From: Alphaproteobacteria bacterium
GTDB lineage: Bacteria; Pseudomonadota; Alphaproteobacteria; UBA828
Assembly (NCBI GenBank): GCA_965237415.1
Contig: CBDEFM010000001.1
Coordinates: 1-64,000 of the forward strand
Length of the DNA stretch: 64,000 nt
Direction of reading: 5' to 3'
Both the position numbers and the translations under genes were made by a program. Below are positions 50,201 through 61,199 of this stretch, in pieces. Under the pieces are notes generated by a model. That model was not told the origin of the DNA. It saw nothing but the letters and a program-made list of their open reading frames with translations, and searched no databases. Every line of letters starts with the position of its first letter. The stretch's first letter is position 1.

Positions 50201-50685
50201 GCACCCGCCCTCCACAGCCGGGCCGCGCCCAAGGCCGCCAACGCGGCGAGGGCGACGGAGGCGATGGCGTTCCACCCCGCGAGCGAGACGCCGATCAGCG
50301 ACCAGGGCACCTCGTCGCAGCGCGTGAGCGGCGCCGCCATGACCTGGGCCCTGATGTCCTCGATCGTGCCGCCGCTCATCGGCGCGGCGCAGCTGCTCGC
50401 GAACCAGCCCTGCTCGACACCCACATGGTAGACCCCGTAACCGGCGGTCACCAGAAGGGCGAGGCCGCAGAGCGCGAGCAGCGCCATCCGCAGCCGGCCG
50501 CCGGTGACGACGGCGGCGGCGAGCCCCAGCCCGAAGACGGCGAAGTGGGGATAGCGCTGGATCAGACAGAGCGGACAGGGCGCGAGGCCGCCCACGTGCT
50601 GGGAGAGATAGGCGCCGAGCAGCAGCGCGGCGCTCGCCGCCGCGACGAGCAGCGGGATCGCGCGGCCGCCGACCCACCGCTGCAT
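50197..50685 (-). CDS. dsbB: Disulfide bond formation protein B-like
   Basis: PCPLC..QR, YH.GVE.GW..C, RCDE..W..G.SLAGWN. Confidence 0.85.
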   Translation of the reverse strand: MQRWVGGRAIPLLVAAASAALLLGAYLSQHVGGLAPCPLCLIQRYPHFAVFGLGLAAAVVTGGRLRMALLALCGLALLVTAGYGVYHVGVEQGWFASSCAAPMSGGTIEDIRAQVMAAPLTRCDEVPWSLIGVSLAGWNAIASVALAALAALGAARLWRAGA

Positions 50686-50701
50686 CGCCGCTCCCAAGGG
50701 G

Positions 50702-51163
50702 CTAGCCCGCCGCCGCCGGCCGCCGCCGAAGGAACGTGGTGCTAGTCATGGTCATGACCGCCTCGTCGCGCTGGTTGAGCACATCCATCCGGTAGCGCAC
50801 GATGCCGCGCTCGGGCTTGGATTGCGACGCCCGCACCTCGAGAATCTCGCCGGTGGAGCGGATCGTGTCGCCGGGGCGGACCGGCTGGAGCCAGCGAAGC
50901 TCTTCGACGCCGGGCGAGCCCAGGACGACCTCGGGCGCGAACACCCGCGCCTGGATCATCATGCGGAGCCCCGTGGCGATGGTCTGGATGCCGCTCGCGA
51001 TGATCCCGCCGTAGGGCCCGGCCTCGGCGTAGGCCGCGTCGATATGGAAGGGCTGCGGATCGTAGCGGAAGGCGAAGTCCATAATCTCCGCCTCGCTCAG
51101 GGTCTTGCCCCACGACTCGAACCGCATGCCGGGCGCCATATCCTCGAAATACCAGTTGTACAT
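50702..51163 (-). CDS. MaoC-family dehydratase
   Basis: YFED, FA..YDPQPFH.D, IASG, PVRPGD, NQR.E.V. Confidence 0.88.
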   Translation of the reverse strand: MYNWYFEDMAPGMRFESWGKTLSEAEIMDFAFRYDPQPFHIDAAYAEAGPYGGIIASGIQTIATGLRMMIQARVFAPEVVLGSPGVEELRWLQPVRPGDTIRSTGEILEVRASQSKPERGIVRYRMDVLNQRDEAVMTMTSTTFLRRRPAAAG

Positions 51164-51328
51164 GGGAACTCCCGATGGCGAACGACTAATGTAGGGAGCG
51201 TGCGGCAGAGCGCCAAGCGCGGGCGTCTCAATCGCCCGCGGGCGCGAATACCCCCACCTCGCCCCGGCCCTCTCCGCCTGTTGTTCAGCGCGCAGAGGTG
51301 CCGGAAGATCTCAGTATCGAGTTTCGGG

Positions 51329-51943
51329 TCATGTTGCCGCCGCCCGCGCGAGCCTCTCGATCCTGGCCCAGTCACCGGCCGCGACGGCGTCTCTTGGTGC
51401 GATCCAGCTGCCGCCGACGCAGAGTACGTTCGGGAGTGAGAGGTAGTCGGCGGCGTTTAGGGCGTTGATGCCGCCGGTTGGGCAGAAGCGGATCTGTGGC
51501 AGGGGGGCGGCCCAGGCGGCCATGACCGGTGGCCCGCCGTTCGGGCCGGCGGGGAAAAACTTCAGCACGTCGAGGCCGCGCTCGAGCGCGCGCATCGCCT
51601 CGCCCGGGGTCGCGACGCCGGGCAGCATCGGCAGGCCGGCATCCTCGGCGGCGTCGAGCAGGCTGTTGGTGAAGCCGGGCGAGACGCCGAACCGGGCCCC
51701 GGCGGCGACCGCGGCGCGCACGTCCTCAGGCGTGAGCAGCGTCCCGGCGCCGACGATCGTGTCGGGGGCCGCCTCGGTCATCGCCCGGATGGCGTCAAGA
51801 GCGGCCGGCGTGCGCAATGTGACCTCGAGCACCCTGAGCCCGCCGCGGGACAGCGCCCGCGCCAGCGGCGCGGCGTGGGCGGCCTCCTCGACGGTGAGGA
51901 CCGGGATAACCGGGCCGAGCCGGCAGATCGTTTCGGCGTTCAT
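51329..51943 (-). CDS. eda: KDPG aldolase
   Basis: PVIPV, EVTLRT, GAGT, VSPG, KFFPA, PTGGI, VGGSW. Confidence 0.95.
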   Translation of the reverse strand: MNAETICRLGPVIPVLTVEEAAHAAPLARALSRGGLRVLEVTLRTPAALDAIRAMTEAAPDTIVGAGTLLTPEDVRAAVAAGARFGVSPGFTNSLLDAAEDAGLPMLPGVATPGEAMRALERGLDVLKFFPAGPNGGPPVMAAWAAPLPQIRFCPTGGINALNAADYLSLPNVLCVGGSWIAPRDAVAAGDWARIERLARAAAT

Positions 51944-53499
51944 CCCTCAAGCTCCCTGATGCGGGCGACCAGCCCGGCCGTCGATTGGTCGAGCCCGGCG
52001 TCGGCTCCGTCCTCGCCGCGCATGACCGGGGCCAGGCGTTGCGCCAGCGCCTTGCCGAGTTCGACACCGAACTGGTCGAAGGAATTGATGTCCCATATGG
52101 CCCCCATCGTGAACACCTTGTGCTCGTAGAGCGCGATCAGTCGGCCGAGCGCGAACGGGTCGAGCTGGCGGTGCAGGATGGTCGTAGACGGCCGGTCGCC
52201 CGGGAAGGTCCGGTGCGGCGCGAGGCGGTCGGCCTCGGCCACCGTCAGCCCGGGTCGTGCCTCGGCTTGCGCGCGGCCGAAGGCCAGCGCCGCGCTCTGC
52301 GCCAGGCAATTGGCAAGCAAGAGCCGATGGTGCTCCATGTCGGCATCGCGCGGCCGGGCGGCGGCGATGAAGTCGACGGGGATCACGTCGGTACCCTGGT
52401 GCAGGAGCTGGAAGAACGAGTGCTGCGCGTTGGTGCCCGGCTCGCCCCAGACGACCGGGCCGGTGGCGCAGGGGGTGGGCTTGCCGTCCTGCGTGACGCA
52501 CTTGCCGTTCGATTCCATTTCGAGCTGCTGGACATAGGCCGGGAAGCGCTCGAGCCGCTGGTCGTAGGGGATCAGCGCCACGGTCGGCCAGCCCATCGCG
52601 TTGCGCCGCCAGATGCCGGTGAGGGCGAACAGCACCGGCAGGTTCTCTTCAAGGGCCGCCTCGCGGAAATGCCGGTCCATCGCAGCGGCCCCGGCAAGAA
52701 AGTCCCGGAACCGCCCGGCGCCGATGGCAATGGCCAGGCTCAGCCCGATCGCACTCCAGAGCGAGTAGCGCCCGCCGACCCAGTCCCAGAAGCCGAAGAC
52801 CCGCTCCGCGGGGACGCCGAACTCGGCGCAGGCCGCGAGATTGGTCGAGACCGCCGCCATGTTGTCTGCCGCGTGACCGCCCAGCCAGGCCCGGGCGGAG
52901 CGGGCATTGGTCATCGACTCGAGCGTTGTGAAGGTCTTCGACGCGACGATGACCAGCGTTGTTGCCGGGTCGAGCCCTCGGAGCGTGTCGGCCAGATGCG
53001 CCCCGTCGACATTCGAGACAAAGTGCACGCGGGGTCCGTCATGGTCGGGCGACAGCGCCCGCACGGCCATGGCCGGGCCGAGATCGGAGCCGCCGATGCC
53101 GATGTTGATGACGTCGGTGAAGCTGCCGGCACGCACGCCCTCGGCGAAGGCGAGGACATCGGCGCGCGCACCCTCGACATCATCGCCCGGCGTCGGCGGC
53201 GCACCGCCGCGCAGCGCCATGTGGAGCGCCGCCCGGCCCTCGGTCCGGTTGACCGGCGCGCCCGCAAACATCGCCTCGCGCCGGCCTTCGACTTCCGCCG
53301 CCCGGGCAAGCGCGAGGAGCGCATCGAGCGCTGCAGCATCGAGCTTTTCCTTCGAGACGTCGATGCTCAGGTCCTCGAAGGCGAAGGAGAGCCGCTTGAA
53401 CCGTGCCGGATCGTTGGCGAACAGCGTGCGCAGATGGGTCGGGCGCAGGCGCGCGGCCTCGCGGTGAACCCTCTCCCAAGCGGCTTCGAGCGGGGTCAT
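51940..53499 (-). CDS. pgi: Glucose-6-phosphate isomerase
   Basis: [47 protein letters not shown]. Confidence 0.95.
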   Translation of the reverse strand: MTPLEAAWERVHREAARLRPTHLRTLFANDPARFKRLSFAFEDLSIDVSKEKLDAAALDALLALARAAEVEGRREAMFAGAPVNRTEGRAALHMALRGGAPPTPGDDVEGARADVLAFAEGVRAGSFTDVINIGIGGSDLGPAMAVRALSPDHDGPRVHFVSNVDGAHLADTLRGLDPATTLVIVASKTFTTLESMTNARSARAWLGGHAADNMAAVSTNLAACAEFGVPAERVFGFWDWVGGRYSLWSAIGLSLAIAIGAGRFRDFLAGAAAMDRHFREAALEENLPVLFALTGIWRRNAMGWPTVALIPYDQRLERFPAYVQQLEMESNGKCVTQDGKPTPCATGPVVWGEPGTNAQHSFFQLLHQGTDVIPVDFIAAARPRDADMEHHRLLLANCLAQSAALAFGRAQAEARPGLTVAEADRLAPHRTFPGDRPSTTILHRQLDPFALGRLIALYEHKVFTMGAIWDINSFDQFGVELGKALAQRLAPVMRGEDGADAGLDQSTAGLVARIRELEG

Positions 53500-53505
53500 G
53501 ATCCC

Positions 53506-55320
53506 CTAGACAACGACCGCGGCGCCGGTTTCTGCCGAGCCGACATTGCTGCGGAAGGCGGCGAAGAGCTCGCGCCCGATGCCGCAGGCATTGGCCGAGA
53601 GATCGGCCTGCGCCGGCGCGCGCCCTGCGAATTCCGCCGGATCGCCGAGCACGTCGAGCCGGCCCGCCGCGGCGTCGAGCCGAAGCATATCGCCGTCGCG
53701 CACCCGTGCAATCGCCCCGCCCGCCGCGGCCTCGGGCGTGACATGGATGGCCGCGGGCACCTTGCCCGACGCGCCGGACATGCGCCCGTCGGTGAGCAGC
53801 GCCACACGGAAACCGCGGTCCTGCAAGACGCTGAGGACCGGCGTCAGCGAGTGCAGCTCGGGCATGCCGTTGGCCTGCGGGCCCTGGAAGCGCAGCACGC
53901 AGACAAAGTCGCGCTCCAGCTCGCCATTGCGGAACGCGGCCTTGACCTCTTCCTGATCCTGGAACACCCGGGCCGGGGCCTCGACGACGTGGTGCTCGGG
54001 CTTGACCGCCGAGGTCTTGATCACCGCCTGGCCGAGATTGCCGGTCAGCATGGCCAGCCCGCCGGTGCGTTGGAACGGATCGGCCGCGGGGCGCAGGATC
54101 CTGTCGTTCAGGCTCGCGCGCGCGCCGTCGCGCCAGGCGAGCCCATCATCGCCCAGCACCGGCTCAAGGGTGTAGCGGGCCAGACCGTCGCCGGCGACGG
54201 TGCGGACGTCGCCGTGCAGGAGCCCGGCCCCGAGCAGCTCGCCGATCATGAAGCCGAGCCCGCCGGCGGCGTGGAAATGGTTCACGTCGGCCAGCCCGTT
54301 GGGATAGACCCGCGCCATCAGCGGCGTGACGGCTGAGAGTTCCGCCATGTCGGACCAGTCGATCAGCACGCCCGCGGCACGGGCCATCGCCACGAGGTGC
54401 AGGGTCAGATTGGTCGACCCGCCCGTGGCGTGCAGGCCGACCATTCCATTGACGAAGGCGCGCTCGTCGAGCACCACGCTAACGGGCGTGTAGGAATTGC
54501 CGGTCGCGACGATCTCCAGCGCTCGCCGGGCTGCCGCTCGGGTCAGCGCCTCGCGGAGCGGCGTGCCGGGATTTACGAAGCTCGCGCCGGGCAGGTGCAG
54601 GCCCATGAACTCCATCAGCATCTGGTTCGAGTTCGCCGTGCCATAGAACGTGCAGGTGCCTGCGCCGTGATACGAGGCCATCTCGGCGGCCATCAGCTCG
54701 TCTCGGCCGATCTCGCCGCGGGCGAAGCGCTGGCGCACGGCGGCTTTCTCATCGTTCGGCAGGCCCGAGGTCATCGGCCCCGCCGGCGCGAAGATCGCCG
54801 GGATATGGCCGAAGGTGGCTGCCGCGATCGCAAGCCCGGGGACGATCTTGTCGCAGACGCCGAGGAAGATCGCAGCGTCGAAGCAGTTGTGCGACAGCGC
54901 CACGCCCGCCGCGAGTGCGATCACATCGCGGCTGAAGAGCGAGAGCTCCATGCCCGGCTGGCCCTGGGTGACACCATCGCACATCGCCGGCACGCCGCCG
55001 GCGACCTGGGCGGTGCCGCCTGCCTGCCGGGCCGCATCGCGGATCAGCGCGGGAAAGCCCTCGAACGGCTGGTGGGCCGAGAGCATGTCGTTATAGGCGG
55101 TGACGATACCGATGTTGCCGGCGGCGCTGCCGGCCTGGCTCGTCTTGTCCGCCTCCGGGCTGGCTGCGAAGGCGTGCGCAAGGTTGCCGCAGGAGAGATG
55201 CGACCGCGCCGGCCCGGCGTCTGCGGCCCCGGCCATGCGCTGGAGATATGCTGTGCGGAGGGTCCGGCTCCGCGCGCGGACCCGCTCGGTCACCTTGTGC
55301 ACGGTATCGTTCAGTGGCAT
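53506..55320 (-). CDS. edd: 6-phosphogluconate dehydratase
   Basis: [48 protein letters not shown]. Confidence 0.95.
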   Translation of the reverse strand: MPLNDTVHKVTERVRARSRTLRTAYLQRMAGAADAGPARSHLSCGNLAHAFAASPEADKTSQAGSAAGNIGIVTAYNDMLSAHQPFEGFPALIRDAARQAGGTAQVAGGVPAMCDGVTQGQPGMELSLFSRDVIALAAGVALSHNCFDAAIFLGVCDKIVPGLAIAAATFGHIPAIFAPAGPMTSGLPNDEKAAVRQRFARGEIGRDELMAAEMASYHGAGTCTFYGTANSNQMLMEFMGLHLPGASFVNPGTPLREALTRAAARRALEIVATGNSYTPVSVVLDERAFVNGMVGLHATGGSTNLTLHLVAMARAAGVLIDWSDMAELSAVTPLMARVYPNGLADVNHFHAAGGLGFMIGELLGAGLLHGDVRTVAGDGLARYTLEPVLGDDGLAWRDGARASLNDRILRPAADPFQRTGGLAMLTGNLGQAVIKTSAVKPEHHVVEAPARVFQDQEEVKAAFRNGELERDFVCVLRFQGPQANGMPELHSLTPVLSVLQDRGFRVALLTDGRMSGASGKVPAAIHVTPEAAAGGAIARVRDGDMLRLDAAAGRLDVLGDPAEFAGRAPAQADLSANACGIGRELFAAFRSNVGSAETGAAVVV

Positions 55321-55341
55321 CGGGTTCTCCCGGTCATTGCC

Positions 55342-55995
55342 TCACGGCGCCCAGTAGACGATGGCGGGGGTCGGCCCGTCGAGGACCAGCCGGACCGGGG
55401 CATCGGCGGGGCCGGCCGCAGCCCTTGCCCCCTCAAGCGCCGCACGTTTGCCCGCACCATGGATCAGCACGAAGCACCGGCCCGCCCCGGTCAGCGCCGG
55501 CGCGGTCAGGGTGATGCGCTCCTCTGGCGCGCCGGGGGCGCGTAACCGCAGGGCCGGAGAGCCGCATTCCGCCGAAAGCGCCTCGTCCAGGCGGTCGGCA
55601 CCGGGGAAGAGTGAGGCGACGTGCAGATCCTCCCCCATCCCCAGCACGCAGGCATCGAGCGGCAGGAGCGCCGAGAGTGCCTGCTCGTCGTTGAGCGCCA
55701 CGAACCGCACCGCGCGGGCCGGGCCGGCGAAAAGCGTTCCGTCGAGCAGGCGCCGGTTCGAGCGCGGATGATCGGCGGGGACGCAGCGCTCGTCGGTGAG
55801 CGTCACCGCAACAGCCGCCCAGTCGAGCGCATGGCCGCCGAGCGCGGACAGGAACGCCACCGGGGTGGTGCCGCCTGGCACCGCCAGCGCGGCGCTGCCG
55901 GTGCCTCGAATCGCCGCCTCCAGCAGCGCCGCGATCTCGCCGGCCAGAAGACGGGCCAGCGCGCCCCGGTCCGCGGCCTCGACAATCCGCGTCAC
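55342..55995 (-). CDS. pgl: 6-phosphogluconolactonase
   Basis: VPGGTTP, DERCV..HPRSN, LGMGED.H.ASLFP, RITLT. Confidence 0.92.
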   Translation of the reverse strand: MTRIVEAADRGALARLLAGEIAALLEAAIRGTGSAALAVPGGTTPVAFLSALGGHALDWAAVAVTLTDERCVPADHPRSNRRLLDGTLFAGPARAVRFVALNDEQALSALLPLDACVLGMGEDLHVASLFPGADRLDEALSAECGSPALRLRAPGAPEERITLTAPALTGAGRCFVLIHGAGKRAALEGARAAAGPADAPVRLVLDGPTPAIVYWAP

Positions 55996-57455
55996 GCCGC
56001 GACCGCGCGCCAGCGCCGGCCGTCGCGATGCATCAGCATCAGCGCATCTTCAGGGCCCGATGAATAGCTGTCATAGGGTTGCGGCCGCTCGGGCGCGGCC
56101 TCCGCCGCAGCGATGATCGGATCGATCCAGCGCCAGGCCGCTTCGACCTCGTCACCGCGCATGAACAGCGTCTGGTCGCCGCGTATCACATCCATCACCA
56201 GCCGCTCATAGGCGTCCGGCATGCTCAGGCCCTCTGCACCCATGGTCTCGGCAAAGGTCATGTCGAGCGGCGCCTCGCAGAGCCGCATGCCGCCGGGGCC
56301 CGGCTCCTTGATAGTCAGTCTCAGCGTGATCCCCTCGTCGGGCTGCAGCCTGATCGCCAGCACGTTCGGACGCGTGCCACCCGCGCTCTCGGGGAAGATC
56401 GAATGTGGCGCGTCCTTGAAGACGACGGCGATCTCGGACATCCGCGCCCGTAGCCGCTTTCCGGTGCGCAGATAGAACGGCGCCCCGTTCCAGCGCCAGT
56501 TGGCGATCTCCGCCTTGATCGCCACGAAGCTCTCGGTGCGCGATCCGGGGTTCTCAGCATCCTCGCAATAGCCCGCCTCGCCATTGATGCCGCGATACTG
56601 GCCGCGCACCACGTCGCCAAGCCCGTCCAGCGGTTTCAGGCTGCGCAGCACCTTAAGCTTCTCATCGCGCACCGCATCCGGCTCAAAATGCGCCGGCGGC
56701 TCCATGGCGATGAGGCAGAGCAGTTGCAGAAGATGGTTCTGCATCATGTCCCGAATCGCGCCGTTCCGGTCATAATAGGCGCCCCGGCCGCCGACACCGA
56801 CCCGCTCGGCGACGGTGATCTGCACATGGTCGACATGGCGCGCGTTCCAGATCGGTTCGAACAGCGCATTGGCAAAGCGCAGCGCCATCAGGTTCTGCAC
56901 CGTCTCCTTCCCGAGATAGTGGTCGATCCGGTAGATCTGGCGCTCTTCGAACAGCGTCGCGAGCTGGCGGTTCAGCGCCTGCGCGCTCTCGAGATCGCGG
57001 CCCAGCGGCTTCTCGACGACCAGGCGCGTGTCCGGTGTCCGGCAGCCACTCGTCGCCAGCCTTTCGCTGATCGGGCCGAATAATTGCGGCGCCACCGAAA
57101 GATAGAAGGCCCGCATGCGCTCCGAGCCCTCGAGCCTGTCGCAGAGTGAAGCCCAGCCGCCCTCGCCCTCCGCATCGATGCGCACATAGTCGATCATGGC
57201 AAGGAAGACTGCCAACTGATCGGTATCGAGCTTGCCAGGACCCGCATGATCCCTGAGCGACGCCTCGGCCATATGGCGAAAGCCGTCGGCGTCGAGATCT
57301 CTTCGGGCAGCGGCAATGATCCTCGAACCCTGCAATGCCTGCCCGCCAAGCATCCGGCGATAGAGCGCGGGCAGCAGCTTGCGCTGCGCAAGATCGCCAG
57401 TGCCACCAAAGACCACAAGATCGAACGGATCGACCGGAATGACTCGCGCAACCAT
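55992..57455 (-). CDS. zwf: Glucose-6-phosphate 1-dehydrogenase
   Basis: GGTGDLA, EKPLG, RIDHYLGKE, DMMQNH, LRTGKR, AYERL. Confidence 0.97.
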   Translation of the reverse strand: MVARVIPVDPFDLVVFGGTGDLAQRKLLPALYRRMLGGQALQGSRIIAAARRDLDADGFRHMAEASLRDHAGPGKLDTDQLAVFLAMIDYVRIDAEGEGGWASLCDRLEGSERMRAFYLSVAPQLFGPISERLATSGCRTPDTRLVVEKPLGRDLESAQALNRQLATLFEERQIYRIDHYLGKETVQNLMALRFANALFEPIWNARHVDHVQITVAERVGVGGRGAYYDRNGAIRDMMQNHLLQLLCLIAMEPPAHFEPDAVRDEKLKVLRSLKPLDGLGDVVRGQYRGINGEAGYCEDAENPGSRTESFVAIKAEIANWRWNGAPFYLRTGKRLRARMSEIAVVFKDAPHSIFPESAGGTRPNVLAIRLQPDEGITLRLTIKEPGPGGMRLCEAPLDMTFAETMGAEGLSMPDAYERLVMDVIRGDQTLFMRGDEVEAAWRWIDPIIAAAEAAPERPQPYDSYSSGPEDALMLMHRDGRRWRAVAA

Positions 57456-57457
57456 GA

Positions 57458-57850
57458 TCAGTCCACCTCAAACAGATTCAAATGCCGTGGCTGGCGCAAA
57501 CGAGGCCCGATGGAAGCGGTCGCGACACAAGCGGGGCAGCTCAGCTGGCCCAACATGTCGAGCAGTCCGGGCGTGGTCCGCAGGCTGTCCGCGAAGGCCT
57601 CTCGAAGCGCCGCACGGTAATTGCTCACGAACGTAGAGGGCAGCGTAGTTCCAAAACGCTCACTTATGATTTCGGACGCGACGGGAAAGCTTCTGCCGAC
57701 GAAGTTGCGAAAGACATAATCGGCATCGATGCGAATGTCATAGACCAGAAGCTCCTGGATCAGGAGATTTGCACTGATAACCTCGCTGTCAGCAATGACT
57801 CCATCGCAGTCGAATATTACCAGATCGACACTCTGCAATGCGTCGGCCAC
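57458..57850 (-). pseudogene. HAD-family hydrolase, truncated after motif II
   Basis: FDCDGV.ADSE (motif I) and VATAS (motif II); ends after 130 aa without the motif III Lys or motif IV EDS. Confidence 0.75.
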
Positions 57851-57869
57851 CCTGCTGTTCCCTTCGCGT

Positions 57870-57886
57870 CAACGAAACCTTTCATG
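57870..57886. promoter_or_regulatory. Possible LacI-family operator upstream of the HAD-zwf-pgl-edd-pgi-eda operon
   Basis: GAAACCTTTC, near-palindromic and resembling the GAAANGTTTC-type LacI motif. Confidence 0.3.
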
Positions 57887-57979
57887 GCGCGGGTTCGACG
57901 GCAAGCGGCAGGCCGGCCGCACAGAGCGCCCCCGCAGTCTTCGAGACCAAGGGTGGTTCGGTCTCCCGTCCGCTTCTAC

Positions 57980-58004
57980 CGCCGTCAAAATAACAACGAC
58001 GGCG
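57980..58004. terminator. Hairpin downstream of metC
   Basis: CGCCGTC-N11-GACGGCG inverted repeat; no clear U-tract. Confidence 0.3.
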
Positions 58005-58074
58005 ATCAGACGAGATACAAGGCGGGAAGACGTGAAGCACGAGTTGTTTGGCGGGCGCCTCAACCGGCCTCGAA

Positions 58075-59283
58075 CTAGCCGTCGCGCGCCGCCGCCATGC
58101 GCTCGAAACCCCGCTCCAGGTCGGCGATGAGATCGTCCGGGTCCTCGAGGCCCGCGTAGATGCGGAGCAGCGGATACGTCGGATCCCAGCGGGTCGCATC
58201 GCGGAGCTTCCAGGGATAGGTGGGGAGCGCGAGGCTCTCGTAGCCGCCCCAGGAATAGCCGAGGCCGAAGAGCGCGAGGGAATCGAGGAAGGCATCGACC
58301 GCGGGCTCCGGCACCGGCTCCAGCACCACGCCGAAAAGGCTCGATGCGCCGGAGAAGTCGCGCTTCCAGAGCGCGTGACCGGGGTCGTCCTCCAGCGCGG
58401 GGTGAAGCACCTGGCGGACCTCCGGCCTCTCGCGGAACCAGCGGGCGAGCGCGAGGCCCGTCTCCTGATGCCGGTGCAGCCGGACGGAGAGCGTGCGCAG
58501 GCCGCGCAGCCCGAGATAGCAGTCGTCGGGGCCGGGTGCCGCGCCAAGCTCCTCGAAGATACGGCGGAGCGCCTCGACATGGGCCTCGGTGGTGGTGACC
58601 GCGCCCAGCATGGCGTCCGAATGGCCCACGATGTACTTGGTGCCGGCCTGGATCGAGATATCCGCGCCCAACCCCAGCGGCTGGCAGAAAAGCGGCGAGG
58701 CCCAGGTGTTGTCCACGACGAGGACCGCGCCCCGCTCATGGGCCGCAGCCGCCATCGCCGGAAAGTCCTGAACCTCGAAGGTGAGCGAGCCCGGCGATTC
58801 GCCGACCACCACGCTGGTGTTGGCACGCATCAGGTCAGCGATGCCGGCGCCGATGCAGGGGTCATAGAAGGTGGTCTCGACCCCCATGCGCTTCAGCAGG
58901 CCGTTCGCGAGGCTCCGCGTCGGGCCGTAGGCGCTGTCGGTCATCAGCACGTGGTCGCCGCTCTTCACGAAGGCGAGCAGCGCCGCCACGATCGCCGCCT
59001 TGCCGGAGCCGAACAGGTACGTCCGGTAGCCCTTCTCCAGCGTGGCGATGGAATCCTGCAGCGGGAAGGTCGTGGGCGTGCCGTAGCGGCCGTAATAGGT
59101 CTTGCCGTACTCGCGCGGGCCGAACGTGGCTTCCTTCAGCGCCGCCGCAGACTCATGCAGGATCGTCGACGCGTGATAGACGGGCGGATTGACAACACCG
59201 TGGTTCGCCGCCGGGTCGCGGCCGAGCACCGAGAGCAGGGTCTCGTCCCGATAGCGCCCCTTGTCGCCGCTATTCTTGGTCAT
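58075..59283 (-). CDS. metC: Cystathionine beta-lyase
   Basis: VNPPVYHAST, YGRYGTPT, ESPGSLTFE, DNTW, AGTKYIVGHSD, GYSWGG.ESL. Confidence 0.93.
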   Translation of the reverse strand: MTKNSGDKGRYRDETLLSVLGRDPAANHGVVNPPVYHASTILHESAAALKEATFGPREYGKTYYGRYGTPTTFPLQDSIATLEKGYRTYLFGSGKAAIVAALLAFVKSGDHVLMTDSAYGPTRSLANGLLKRMGVETTFYDPCIGAGIADLMRANTSVVVGESPGSLTFEVQDFPAMAAAAHERGAVLVVDNTWASPLFCQPLGLGADISIQAGTKYIVGHSDAMLGAVTTTEAHVEALRRIFEELGAAPGPDDCYLGLRGLRTLSVRLHRHQETGLALARWFRERPEVRQVLHPALEDDPGHALWKRDFSGASSLFGVVLEPVPEPAVDAFLDSLALFGLGYSWGGYESLALPTYPWKLRDATRWDPTYPLLRIYAGLEDPDDLIADLERGFERMAAARDG

Positions 59284-59320
59284 GGCTTGGCCGTGCGGCC
59301 GTGAACGCGCGATCGATCGA

Positions 59321-61042
59321 TCAAAGGTCGGCGAAGCAGTGGGTTTCCGCCGCGCCGCCGGGATGCGTCACCGCACCCTGGTAGGCGGGGCCCACGGTCA
59401 CCGCGTATTTCCAGAGCACGCCCGCCTGATAGTCGGTCGAACGCGGGGCCCAGGACTTGCGGCGCTCCGCGAGCTCCGCATCGGAGAGCGCGACGCTGAG
59501 TTCGCCGCTGGCCGCGTCGACGGTCACCTGGTCGCCGTCGCGCAGCAGGGCGATGGGGCCGCCCACCGCAGCTTCCGGCCCGACATGGCCGATGCAGAAG
59601 CCCCGCGTCGCGCCCGAGAACCGGCCGTCGGTGATAAGCGCCACCTCCTCGCCCTTGCCTTGCCCATAAATCTGCGAGGTAACGGCCAGCATCTCGCGCA
59701 TGCCGGGGCCGCCCTTGGGTCCCTCGTAGCGGATGACAATCACGTCGCCCGAGCGGTAGTCGCGGCTGACGATGGCCTTCATCGCTTCTTCCTCGGTGTC
59801 GAAGCAGCGCGCCGGCCCGACATGGCGAAGCCGCGAGAGGCCGGCGACCTTCACGATCGCGCCTTCCGGCGCGAGATTGCCGCTGAGTCCGACCAGGCCG
59901 CCGGTGGGCGAGAGCGGCGCAGACGTCGGCACCACCACGTCCTGCTCCGTGGGAAACGCGACATCGGCGAGGTTCTCGGCAAGCGTGCGGCCTGTCACGG
60001 TCATGCAGTCGCCGTGCAGGTAGCCGCCCTCAAGCAGCGCCTTGAGCACGATGGGCACGCCGCCCACCTCGAACAGGTCCTTCGCGACGTAGCGCCCGCC
60101 CGGCTTGAGGTCGGCGATATAGGGCGTGCGCTTGAACACCTCCGCCACAGCGGAGAGGTCGAAGTCGATCCCCGCCTCGTTCGCGATCGCGGGCAGGTGC
60201 AGCCCGGCGTTGGTCGAGCCGCCGGTCGCCGCCACCACGGTCGCCGCGTTCTCCATCGCCTTTCGGGTGACGATGTCGCGCGGGCGGAGGTTCTTCTCGA
60301 TCAGGTCCATGACGCAGGTGCCCGAGGCCACGGCGAACTCATCGCGGGATTCGTAGACCGCCGGCGCGCCGGCGGAGTGCGGCAACGCAAGGCCGATCGC
60401 CTCCGAGACGCAGGCCATGGTGTTGGCGGTGAACTGCCCGCCGCAGGAGCCGCCGGAAGGACACGCCACCGCCTCGATCTCGGCCAGGTCCTCCTCCGTG
60501 ACGTCGCCCTCGTTGAGCTTGCCGTAATATTCGTAGACATCCATCACCGTGACGTCCCTGCCCCGAAAGCGCCCCGGCAGGATGGAGCCGCCATAGAGGA
60601 AGACGCCCGGCACGTTGAGCCGCACCAGCGCCATCATCATGCCCGGCAGCGACTTGTCGCAGCCGGCGATGCCCACCAGCGCGTCATAGGAGTGCCCGCG
60701 CATGGTGAGCTCCACCGAGTCCGCAATCACGTCGCGGGAGACGAGCGACGACTTCATGCCCTGATGGCCCATGGCGATGCCGTCGGTCACCGTGATCGTG
60801 GTAAACTCGCGCGGGGTGCCGCCCGCCTCGTCCACGCCCGCCTTCGCCGCCTGCGCCTGTCGGCGGAGCGTGATGTTGCAGGGCGCAGTCTCGTTCCAGG
60901 TGGTCGCGACGCCCACGATGGGCCGGCTCATCGCCTGGCGGGAGACGCCCATGGCGTAGAAGAACGCCCTGTGCCCGGCGCTCTTGGCCCCCTCGGTGAT
61001 GTGCCTGCTCGGCAGCTTCGACTTGTCGAATTTCGTGCTCAT
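59321..61042 (-). CDS. ilvD: Dihydroxy-acid dehydratase
   Basis: PCN, DGIAMGH.GM, GCDK, CGGQFTANTM, GGSTN, YEGPKGGPGMREM, TDGRFSG. Confidence 0.95.
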   Translation of the reverse strand: MSTKFDKSKLPSRHITEGAKSAGHRAFFYAMGVSRQAMSRPIVGVATTWNETAPCNITLRRQAQAAKAGVDEAGGTPREFTTITVTDGIAMGHQGMKSSLVSRDVIADSVELTMRGHSYDALVGIAGCDKSLPGMMMALVRLNVPGVFLYGGSILPGRFRGRDVTVMDVYEYYGKLNEGDVTEEDLAEIEAVACPSGGSCGGQFTANTMACVSEAIGLALPHSAGAPAVYESRDEFAVASGTCVMDLIEKNLRPRDIVTRKAMENAATVVAATGGSTNAGLHLPAIANEAGIDFDLSAVAEVFKRTPYIADLKPGGRYVAKDLFEVGGVPIVLKALLEGGYLHGDCMTVTGRTLAENLADVAFPTEQDVVVPTSAPLSPTGGLVGLSGNLAPEGAIVKVAGLSRLRHVGPARCFDTEEEAMKAIVSRDYRSGDVIVIRYEGPKGGPGMREMLAVTSQIYGQGKGEEVALITDGRFSGATRGFCIGHVGPEAAVGGPIALLRDGDQVTVDAASGELSVALSDAELAERRKSWAPRSTDYQAGVLWKYAVTVGPAYQGAVTHPGGAAETHCFADL

Positions 61043-61199
61043 GGCGCCCTTCCCCCCAACGCACCGCCCCAGTTGCGGGGCGGCGCTGCATCTGCCGCGC
61101 GGACCCGCCCGTCAGGCCGGGCCCGCCGGCGCACGGCTTACTCGCCCCCGTGGGCTGCGGTCAAGCCACGAACATCGCCCCGGCGATGTCAACACGCCG

